From positions 1-42,876 of the forward strand of contig JBJKOV010000089.1 in assembly GCA_046707105.1 (NCBI GenBank): a stretch of 42,876 nucleotides of DNA. The letters are read 5' to 3'. Positions 9,296-15,791 of the stretch are shown piece after piece. Numbering within the stretch: position 1 is the first letter of the stretch; each line of letters opens with the position of its first letter. Position numbers and translations under genes: made by a program. This stretch comes from Thermodesulfovibrionales bacterium (lineage in GTDB: Bacteria > Nitrospirota > Thermodesulfovibrionia > Thermodesulfovibrionales > UBA6898). The notes below the pieces were generated by a model. That model did not search any database. It was not told the origin of the DNA and worked only from the letters and a program-made list of their open reading frames with translations.

Positions 9296-9835
9296 ATGTG
9301 TCACCGGACCTCGATGGGGGTTTTCACAGTCTTACTTGTATCGCTGATACTGTCGGCCTCCGTCTCTTCGGGGACCGAACTGAAAACTCGCTATGCTACT
9401 GTGGTTTATAGCAGCGAAAAATATTTAAGGGAGTTTAACGATGAGGTTTCACTTGGAAGTCTTTCCTACCTCATAAGCAACCGCGAGCCGCTAACAGCAT
9501 CGGAGGAAGCCGGAAATAAGCTGGACGCCATTGTCGAGCGGGTCGAAGTGGTCCTTGACATGTTTCCGAGAGGTCTGAAGTTTACAATGGTCCTTCTTCC
9601 CTCCAGCAGGGATGTGCAGCAGGTATACAGGAGCAAGTATGGGAGGAGTCCGGACTACATAGCCTTCTATTCCCCGAGGGACAAGACACTCTTCGTGTCC
9701 GTTGACGACGTCAGGGTCGGCGTATTGGCGCATGAACTGACCCATGTAATTCTCGTTAACTATTTTGGGATTTCCCCTCCGGATAAAACTCAAGAGGTTC
9801 TTGCTCAGTTCGTTGAAACTCACTTCGGCGACTGA
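9296..9835 (+). CDS. Secreted/lipoprotein-like hypothetical protein with HExxH motif (putative small metallopeptidase-like protein)
   Basis: 179 aa with an N-terminal signal-like segment GVFTVLLVSLILSASVSSG. It has a single HExxH (VLAHELTHVIL). No family was recognised. Confidence 0.45.
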   Translation: MCHRTSMGVFTVLLVSLILSASVSSGTELKTRYATVVYSSEKYLREFNDEVSLGSLSYLISNREPLTASEEAGNKLDAIVERVEVVLDMFPRGLKFTMVLLPSSRDVQQVYRSKYGRSPDYIAFYSPRDKTLFVSVDDVRVGVLAHELTHVILVNYFGISPPDKTQEVLAQFVETHFGD

Positions 9836-10131
9836 GGGTCGAGGACGTCGTGTCGCAAAGAGCACAGGGCATAGCGCATAGAGCAAAAAACAGAAGGGAC
9901 AGGCCCAACGGTCAGCAGTTCAGGGTAGTTTAAGCCCGGATTAGCCTAAAAAAACCAGTTGAGCCACAAAAGACACAAGAACAAAAAAAATCAAACCTTT
10001 ATGTTAGTGAAATACTTCATCCAATTGATGAGCATTTTCCCATTTCAACCTTTTGTTTTTCTATATTATTTTTGTGCTTTCTGCGGCGATTTGCCGTTTT
10101 TTAGCCCATATTATTCATGAAATGTGGTGGA

Positions 10132-10257
10132 GCCGGAAGGACATAGTGTTTCGCTCATTCTCGCTTCGCTCCGAGGAACTTGCCCTCTTTAATTATCAGA
10201 GACACACTGTATGAGTATCGGGCAAGTAAAGCCGCTCAAACACTATGCCCTTCCGGC
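10132..10257 (-). repeat. 126-bp nested imperfect palindrome (possible structured RNA or miniature element) in a 500-bp non-coding gap
   Basis: The outer arms are gccggaaggAcatagtgttt (10132-10151) and aaacactatgCccttccggc (10238-10257). The inner arms acttgccc (10178-10185) and gggcaagt (10220-10227) are perfect. The single outer mismatch is A-C on the plus-strand RNA but a G-U wobble on the minus-strand RNA. Confidence 0.6.
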
Positions 10258-10336
10258 ATTCAGGAAAATTTGTGAATAAAGTAGGTTTGGATTGAGATTT
10301 TTCGCGGCCCTTCGCACTGCGCGATGCTTTGACCTT

Positions 10337-10846
10337 TTAGAAGGTCGACTGACTGATGGGAGGATCGGGGTTCGGCTTCGGGATAGGTTCGAAAGGTGCA
10401 GGATTGTCTGCCGGAGGGGTATAGGGAAGTCCCTCGGGCTCAAAATAGCAAAGACTCACACCTGCCTGCATAAGGCTTGCGCTGACTTCACGGGAGTCGG
10501 CGCCTGCGTCTATAGCGCACCTTGAAACAACATCCGATGTAGCGCCGGCTTGCATGGCTCCCGAAATTATCTGCTTCAGATCCCCGCCCCCGTATATCGC
10601 ACATTTCACCATCAGGCAGGGACTGTTGCCGAGTTCTATAGCAGTCCTTACAACATCCAGGCTGCTCATCCCGTCCTGTATCGTGGTCTTTACGGCGCTG
10701 CAGATATTCCTCTGTCCATCATTTTCATAAAGCTTGTCTTTCGCATCCTGGCTTGCAGAGACCGCAACGGAGACGAGCAAAAATGACGACACTGCGACAA
10801 GGAACAAAACAAATCGACTGTTAAGAGGCCTTAACCGGGGTTTCAT
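10337..10846 (-). CDS. Secreted hypothetical protein (helical Ala/Gly-rich repeats, Pro-rich C-terminus)
   Basis: 169 aa with signal peptide RFVLFLVAVSSFLLVSVAVSAS. Loosely repeated motifs occur (VVRTAIELGNS, ISGAMQAGATSDVVSRCAIDAGADSREVSASLMQAG). The tail is Pro-rich (PYTPPADNPAPFEPIPKPNPDPP). No SD was seen. Confidence 0.5.
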   Translation of the reverse strand: MKPRLRPLNSRFVLFLVAVSSFLLVSVAVSASQDAKDKLYENDGQRNICSAVKTTIQDGMSSLDVVRTAIELGNSPCLMVKCAIYGGGDLKQIISGAMQAGATSDVVSRCAIDAGADSREVSASLMQAGVSLCYFEPEGLPYTPPADNPAPFEPIPKPNPDPPISQSTF

Positions 10847-10971
10847 TACAAATTAATTATCACAGAAAAGATCTCTTCTGTCAATAGAACGAATGTGTGA
10901 GTACAGTAACAAAATTCAGGGTTATCAGAAAAATAGGGTTGATTAATTTCTTGCCGATGGCCGATGATAGT

Positions 10972-11120
10972 ATAATTACTAAGAAGTACATAAGTATGAT
11001 AACGTTATTTGTCACTCCGGCTTGCCTGCCGGTAGGCAGATCCGGAGTCTTTTTGGGGACGGATTCCCGACGAGCGGGAATGACGCCCTACTAATGCACT
11101 TTTAGTAGCATGGTTGGTCC
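10972..11120. repeat. Copy B of the ~150-bp hairpin-rich repeat (inverted relative to copy A)
   Basis: See copy A. It carries the same two hairpins (attcccgacgagcgggaat; ctccgg..ccggag). It lies in a divergent intergenic region between gene starts at 10846 (-) and 11133 (+). Confidence 0.85.
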
Positions 11121-11132
11121 AGGGAGGAGACA

Positions 11133-11579
11133 ATGAAATTATCACTTTTTCCTTTTATGGCATGCGGCATCTTCTGCGTATGCCTTCTGACAGCTGCCCC
11201 GGCAAGGGCCGCGGCTGACGGGGGCGGCCAACTTTCCCCGGGAGTGTTGCCGCCGCCCGAGATTGTCGCCCCTGCGGAGATAGCTGAACTCAGGGGTGTT
11301 GACCACGCCACGTTCAGGTGGAGCGGCGTGCAGGGTGCGGTCGCTTATCATCTCGTGCTCGCCAGGGACAGGCGGTTTAAGAATATTGTCGAAAATACTT
11401 TCATAAACGGCACATCCTACACTTTGGGTAACACGAATTACGGGACCTATTTTTTGGAAATCAGTTCGGTCTCGGCAGGACGCTCCGAGGGCCCCTTTTC
11501 ACAAAGGCGGAGTTTTATTATAGTCCCGCCCCCGCCGGCGGGAGTTTCGCCCGGAGAATTACCCGAAAACGGCGGTTAG
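11133..11579 (+). CDS. Secreted hypothetical protein with an FN3/Ig-like module
   Basis: 148 aa with SD GGGAGGAG upstream and signal peptide LFPFMACGIFCVCLLTAAPARA. An FN3-like pattern is present (FRWSGVQGAVAYHLVLARDRRFKNIV...GTSYTLGNTNYGTYFLEISSV). Confidence 0.5.
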   Translation: MKLSLFPFMACGIFCVCLLTAAPARAAADGGGQLSPGVLPPPEIVAPAEIAELRGVDHATFRWSGVQGAVAYHLVLARDRRFKNIVENTFINGTSYTLGNTNYGTYFLEISSVSAGRSEGPFSQRRSFIIVPPPPAGVSPGELPENGG

Positions 11580-11624
11580 CCGCAGACTAAAGCCGGCTTT
11601 TTCAAAAATTCACAGCGCCGTATA

Positions 11625-12641
11625 TCACTTTTTTTCGCTGTTGCCGCTCCCCTTTTCGTCCTTCTTTTCAAAAGCGTCCTTCGCGCAGCGGAACCCGAAA
11701 TTGAGGTACCGGTCGGCCGGGTCGAACCAGTAGCGGTAAGGTGTTCTGATCACCAGTTCGCCATAACTGTCGTACCAGGAACCGCCCCGCATCACCTTGA
11801 ACCATCCGATTTTGGGGCCTTCGGGGTTTTCCTTAGGCGGTGTATCCGACTTCTCTTCTTTTGCAAGAGATATAGTCGACCTGGGCACGCCCAACAGCCT
11901 GGCCGACACATTAATGGTATCCTCTACAGTCTCATAGCAGAAGTTGCAGTAGTTCTGCCTGTACCAGTCGTTGACCCACTCCCAGACATTCCCGGCCATA
12001 TTTACTGCACCATAACAGGAAGCGCCCTCAGGAAGCGAATCGACCGGAACCATAACGTTGAATCCTTCGTTCTTCCATTTCCGGTTGTACCTGGCTTTGG
12101 TGTCGTCCGGCATAGTATTCCCCCAGGGATATATCCTCCCGTCGTCGCACCTGGCGGCTTTCTCCCATTCTGCCTCAGACGGGAGATGCCTGCCCTTCCA
12201 GCGGCAGTAGGCGTCAGCCCCGTACCAGGACACATTGTTGGCGGGATAGTCTTCAAAACCCTTCCTCGGGACATATTTCTCCGGGTCTTCAGGGGTCTCG
12301 ATCTCCTTGCCGTCTACATTGGATATCCCCATGACCGTAGAATAACGGTCGTCAGAAAAATACTTGTCGTCAGGGTTTCCCTTTTTGTTCAGGAACTCGG
12401 CAAACTGTTTTGCCGAAACCTCGGATTTGTCAATCAGATAGGCGTCCAGATACACATCATGTTCAGGCCTCTCATTGATTTCAGCCGAGTTGAGCCCCAT
12501 TCTGAACCATCCTGCGGGTACGGCGACCATATCCCGGTCCTTTGCGTCTTTCCTCGGGTTTGTTGTGACACACGCTGAAAGCAAAACGGACATCAGGAGG
12601 AACGCGAAAACGGTGCATATAATATTTTTCATCATTTTCAT
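11625..12641 (-). CDS. Formylglycine-generating-enzyme (SUMF1/EgtB/PvdO, FGE-sulfatase) family lipoprotein
   Basis: The ORF track starts at 12779. I prefer ATG at 12641, which gives MKMMKNIICTVFAFLLMSVLLSAC (lipobox LSAC). FGE-family motifs are present: VPAGWFRMG, RPEHDVYLDAYLIDKSEVS, NNVSWYGADAYCRWKGRHLPSEAEWEKAAR, GNVWEWVNDWY, RGGSWY and FGFRCAKD. Confidence 0.8.
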   Translation of the reverse strand: MKMMKNIICTVFAFLLMSVLLSACVTTNPRKDAKDRDMVAVPAGWFRMGLNSAEINERPEHDVYLDAYLIDKSEVSAKQFAEFLNKKGNPDDKYFSDDRYSTVMGISNVDGKEIETPEDPEKYVPRKGFEDYPANNVSWYGADAYCRWKGRHLPSEAEWEKAARCDDGRIYPWGNTMPDDTKARYNRKWKNEGFNVMVPVDSLPEGASCYGAVNMAGNVWEWVNDWYRQNYCNFCYETVEDTINVSARLLGVPRSTISLAKEEKSDTPPKENPEGPKIGWFKVMRGGSWYDSYGELVIRTPYRYWFDPADRYLNFGFRCAKDAFEKKDEKGSGNSEKK

Positions 12642-12804
12642 TTGAGCAATTCTACCCCTTCCGGGGTAGATATTACAAGAACTTTCTGTGCCAATTTCCC
12701 GGCTTGCCCGGAAGGATTCCCGACCCCGAAAGGATTCGGGATTGCGGCAATAACACACCCTTTTCCGGGGCCCGGACAAAACCGTTCATTTGAGGGACAC
12801 TACA

Positions 12805-13278
12805 TCAGGTATTTCTTCGGCAGATAATTTTTCGCCTGAAAAGCCGCAGGCGACCATAGTGACAGTACGATTCGAAGAGACTGACCACTGCCCTGAGGTA
12901 ATTTATTTTCCTCTGCAGCGACGCTTCCATATGTATCTTTTCAGGGCCGAATTCGGGACAAACCCGCTCTATCCTACAGACCTTGCCCAAAATTTCATCG
13001 TGCCGCACCGGTGCATCAAAAGACCTGAGGGCGTCTCCTCTTGTCTGAAACATGTACTCGCCCTTTCTGGCCCGTTTTCTTCTGACAAGCCTGTGGAGCA
13101 CAGGGAAACCCGGTTGACCTTCAACAAATATGAGGTCGCCTCTTCGCAGCTCGGTCTCCGGCACTTTTTTTATGGTGACCACTTCTCCTCCCCTGAGAAA
13201 AGGCACCATGCTCCGGCCCGTCACTTTTACGCGAAGGGATAAGCCGCTGTCCAGAATATCTCTGAAAAAACCCACCAT
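12805..13278 (-). CDS. S24/S26-family serine peptidase, archaeal/ER-type (Ser-His) signal-peptidase-I-like
   Basis: Motifs are VTGRSMVPFLRGGEVVTIKK (SM nucleophile box), GDLIFVEG, VLHRLV (His where LexA/SPase-I-type enzymes have Lys) and FQTRGDAL..D. The start is uncertain. The track ORF extends to 13521 but would overlap the upstream gene by 190 nt. ATG at 13278 (MVGFFRDIL) is the first non-overlapping Met. Confidence 0.6.
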   Translation of the reverse strand: MVGFFRDILDSGLSLRVKVTGRSMVPFLRGGEVVTIKKVPETELRRGDLIFVEGQPGFPVLHRLVRRKRARKGEYMFQTRGDALRSFDAPVRHDEILGKVCRIERVCPEFGPEKIHMEASLQRKINYLRAVVSLFESYCHYGRLRLFRRKIICRRNT

Positions 13279-13330
13279 CTCCGCCTTTGCCGGAGAGACA
13301 GGCGCGGGTACGGGTATATCCGGCTTTCCA

Positions 13331-14212
13331 TTATCTCGACACAAAGTCTTCAAGAATATCCGCCTCGATATCGGAAGTAAAATAAAGTAAATACGAAGGC
13401 ACGCGGGAAACCAGCTCCTCGACAAAAGAAAAAATTCTGCCGATCGCCTCCTTGTCATACCAGGGGATCGACAAGACCGGCATAAACCTTCTGAAGGCAT
13501 CCGCCTCCGTAATCTGTTCAATCCTGTTTTCTTCGCTTTGGACCAGGAAGAAGATTTGGGAAAGCGGAGCGGACTTGTTTACGGCAATGCCGGCGTCTCC
13601 GGGCCATGGTGTCCCGAAGATTACAAAAGAGTCTTCGATCTTTCTCATGATTATCCTGTCGTCACTCAAGCCCATGCATCCGGTCTTCCCAAGGAGCTGT
13701 CTCGATATGGTGGATTTTCCAGCCCCTGACCGGCCCGCGAAGATATACCCTCTTTCTTCAAAGACAACACCGGCCGAATGGACAATCGCACCGTTCCTCA
13801 CAGAAAGAAAATACATGAGCAGGATCTGATCCAGCGGATAATGCAGCGGGTTTCTCACAGTTGCTCCGCTACCCGACTCATTACAGAACATAGCGACATT
13901 TCTGTTCTGAGGACAGAATCTGACCAGCCTTTGGAGGCCTGCCCACGGCGCTTCAAAAAAGAGTACATAATCGCCCCTGTCGCAGAATAACGACCAGTCA
14001 TTCTCAATCTTAAAAAGGCTTTTCATCCCCTGGATTTCGGGAATCCGGCCAAAAAGGAGATCAACGGCGATTTGGTCGATTTCGTCCTGTTCAATTTTGG
14101 CCCCTTTGACAAACCCCGCATATGCCGGATCAGGAAGAAAAAGGTCCTTTTTGGGCTGGGGATTTAAGTCGAACTTCATTCCTCCGATACGGTAGAGATA
14201 TTCTGTAGACAA
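13331..14212 (-). CDS. HPr-kinase-like P-loop protein (HprK-related putative peptide/protein kinase)
   Basis: 293 aa with a TTG start and GGAGG 7 nt upstream. The P-loop is GYIFAGRSGAGKSTISRQL, followed by GLSDDRIIMRK. This resembles the HprK/P GxSGxGKSE ... ADDRV arrangement. Confidence 0.65.
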   Translation of the reverse strand: MSTEYLYRIGGMKFDLNPQPKKDLFLPDPAYAGFVKGAKIEQDEIDQIAVDLLFGRIPEIQGMKSLFKIENDWSLFCDRGDYVLFFEAPWAGLQRLVRFCPQNRNVAMFCNESGSGATVRNPLHYPLDQILLMYFLSVRNGAIVHSAGVVFEERGYIFAGRSGAGKSTISRQLLGKTGCMGLSDDRIIMRKIEDSFVIFGTPWPGDAGIAVNKSAPLSQIFFLVQSEENRIEQITEADAFRRFMPVLSIPWYDKEAIGRIFSFVEELVSRVPSYLLYFTSDIEADILEDFVSR

Positions 14213-14230
14213 CCGTGATCCTCCATACTT

Positions 14231-14395
14231 TTAGGAGCCACTGGAGGCGCAAGGCTGCGAGATCACACATCCAGGAGGAAAAGGCCCACCTAGTGTCTTT
14301 GTCTTGCAGCCGTTGACACTCATCGTCTCCTCTGCCGCGAGTTCTATTACCCTCAGGACGGGCTTTTCGTACACCATTTTTTTTTCTTGTTCCAT
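14231..14395 (-). CDS. Candidate RiPP precursor peptide (54 aa; 48 aa if the second ATG at 14377 is used)
   Basis: MEQEKKMVYEKPVLRVIELAAEETMSVNGCKTKTLGGPFPPGCVISQPCASSGS. The ATG at 14395 is preceded by GAGGTG and lies 17 nt after the radical SAM stop. The N-terminal half is charged and aliphatic (leader-like). The C-terminal half is Gly/Pro/Ser-rich with C-x12-C-x5-C and a Ser-rich tail. It sits between the rSAM and kinase-like genes. Confidence 0.55.
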   Translation of the reverse strand: MEQEKKMVYEKPVLRVIELAAEETMSVNGCKTKTLGGPFPPGCVISQPCASSGS

Positions 14396-14412
14396 CAAGC
14401 ACCTCACAGTAA

Positions 14413-15486
14413 TTATTTGCTGACTGCTGAATACCTCGCTTTTCCTAGGGCACACAGGTAATCGGAAAGAAGATTTTCATCACCTTTTTCCAACAGGAAA
14501 AAACCGGGGCAATAACCGCAAATCATTGAAGTATTGCAATCACGGCAGCGTCGTTCCGGGTTGGCCTTCAGGTCTCTCAACCCCGCCATTCTTTTCCAGC
14601 CCTCGGCAAAACTCCCAGCGAGCAAATCATGTCCAAAATGCTTAACCATCAGACAAGGCATGAGAACTCCTTTTGGGCTTATATGGAAGTTCGTGACCCC
14701 TGCGCCGCAGCTATATAACCTGTCGTTTAACTTCACGCCTCCATATCTGCCCACGACTTTTTTCCATTCGGCAAACCTGCTTTCGTCAGACAGTTCCTTA
14801 TCCAGGGCATCATAAACGGGGACCCTGAGAGAAAGCGGAGACATGTCACCGTCGAAACGGGGAAAGATGGCCGCATCGAACCGGAATTTGACACCATAGG
14901 ACTTTGCAATGCGCTCTATATCGTAAAATTCATGACTATTCACAGACATCAGGATCGTCTTGATTGTAAGGTTTGTCCCCGTTTTCAAAAGCTCCTCTAT
15001 CCCATTCATACAGGCACGAAATGATCCGGGAACTCCGGTCACCCTTTCATACGTCTCCTGGGTGGCACCGTAGAGGCTTATCTCGACGACATGCGGTGGT
15101 AGGTCGGCAAAAAGATCCGTCACCTTTCGGTTGATCAGCGTACCGTTTGTAAATACGGTCACGATCATCCCGTTATTCTTGGCGCGTCCATAGACGTCTC
15201 CGAAGTCCGGCCTCAAAAGAGGCTCCCCCCCGGTTATAAGCAGATAAAGGCATCCGGCATCTCTAATCTCATCCAGCAGCGAAAAGACCTTACTGGTATC
15301 CATTTCACTTCGCCCCGGATTTTTATCGTATCTGGCAGAACCGACATAGCAATGGATGCACCTGAGATTGCAACGCTGGGTAAATTCGAGGGCCCCGGAT
15401 ATGGGGACCCTCAGCCGGTTCACCTTCCGGCAGAATTCAGTAAAATACTCAGTTCCGTTCACAGAGGACTGGCATTCGAGCATCAC
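14413..15486 (-). CDS. Radical SAM / SPASM-domain peptide-modifying enzyme
   Basis: 357 aa. The CxxxCxxC radical SAM cluster motif is CNLRCIHCY, and GGEPLL is the SAM-binding motif. The C-terminal auxiliary-cluster cysteines are SPASM-like (YSCGAGVTNFHISPKGVLMPC ... CRDCNTSMICGYCPG). The start overlaps the PqqD stop by 4 nt (ATGA). Confidence 0.9.
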   Translation of the reverse strand: MMLECQSSVNGTEYFTEFCRKVNRLRVPISGALEFTQRCNLRCIHCYVGSARYDKNPGRSEMDTSKVFSLLDEIRDAGCLYLLITGGEPLLRPDFGDVYGRAKNNGMIVTVFTNGTLINRKVTDLFADLPPHVVEISLYGATQETYERVTGVPGSFRACMNGIEELLKTGTNLTIKTILMSVNSHEFYDIERIAKSYGVKFRFDAAIFPRFDGDMSPLSLRVPVYDALDKELSDESRFAEWKKVVGRYGGVKLNDRLYSCGAGVTNFHISPKGVLMPCLMVKHFGHDLLAGSFAEGWKRMAGLRDLKANPERRCRDCNTSMICGYCPGFFLLEKGDENLLSDYLCALGKARYSAVSK

Positions 15487-15791
15487 TCAACGACCTCTAT
15501 GAGACCGGCTTTCAAGAGTTCTTCCATAAAGTCACGGACATCTCTTTCCGCTTCTTCCCGTCCGACATCGAAACGATCCAGGAGTTCGGCCGCTATCGCA
15601 TCACGATCGCTTTTTTCATCGAGACATCGCCAGATGTACGCCGCGACGGGGTTAAGCGAAAAGATCTGCTGCATGTCGGCAAGCTTTCCTTTTATCGGCA
15701 CAAGGATAGTCTCACCTGCTATTTCTCGTGAGACGATCTCGCCGCGCTTTCTAAATGAGCTTTTCAGTGCCTTTTCTTCCAGACTCATCAT
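15483..15791 (-). CDS. PqqD-family protein (RiPP recognition element / peptide chaperone)
   Basis: 102 aa showing the PqqD pattern (IAGETILVPIKG..IFSLNPVAAYIWRCLDEKSDRDAIAAELLDRFDVGREEAERDVRDFMEELLKAGLI). Its start codon overlaps the giant gene stop (ATGA, 15788-15791). Confidence 0.85.
   Translation of the reverse strand: MMSLEEKALKSSFRKRGEIVSREIAGETILVPIKGKLADMQQIFSLNPVAAYIWRCLDEKSDRDAIAAELLDRFDVGREEAERDVRDFMEELLKAGLIEVVE

Noticed and set aside
9998-10106. 35-codon hydrophobic plus-strand ORF (MLVKYFIQLMSIFPFQPFVFLYYFCAFCGDLPFF) in the 9836-10336 gap
   Set aside because: It has no SD, lies within the inverted-repeat structure, and its composition follows from the T-rich DNA. It is more likely a by-product of the repeat than a gene.
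216-11120. Interpretation of the inverted-repeat-flanked 10.6-kb segment as a composite transposon or genomic island
   Set aside because: I found no transposase, integrase or recombinase ORF inside or next to it. I also found no flanking direct target duplication and no adjacent tRNA. It is kept only as a repeat-bracketed module.
12668-12690. Sigma54-like TTGGCACAGAAAGTTCT on the minus strand upstream of the FGE-family gene
   Set aside because: The -24 block is good, but the -12 block lacks TTGC/GC at the required spacing.
14130-14455. 90-aa ORF 14130-14402 and the 74-aa extended form of the precursor ORF starting at 14455
   Set aside because: The 90-aa ORF is in another frame, overlaps both the precursor and the kinase-like start, and is Arg-rich. 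The 14455 start overlaps the rSAM coding end and lacks an SD, whereas 14395 has GAGGTG at proper spacing.
11625-15486. Anaerobic sulfatase-maturation system (rSAM/SPASM plus FGE-family protein)
   Set aside because: I recognised no sulfatase-like ORF anywhere in the window. The rSAM is coupled to a PqqD-type RRE and a short peptide, which points to peptide rather than sulfatase maturation.
12805-15791. Lasso-peptide cluster interpretation (because of PqqD + HPr-kinase-like genes)
   Set aside because: No asparagine-synthetase-like lasso cyclase or transglutaminase-like B2 protease is present. The enzyme next to PqqD is a radical SAM/SPASM protein.
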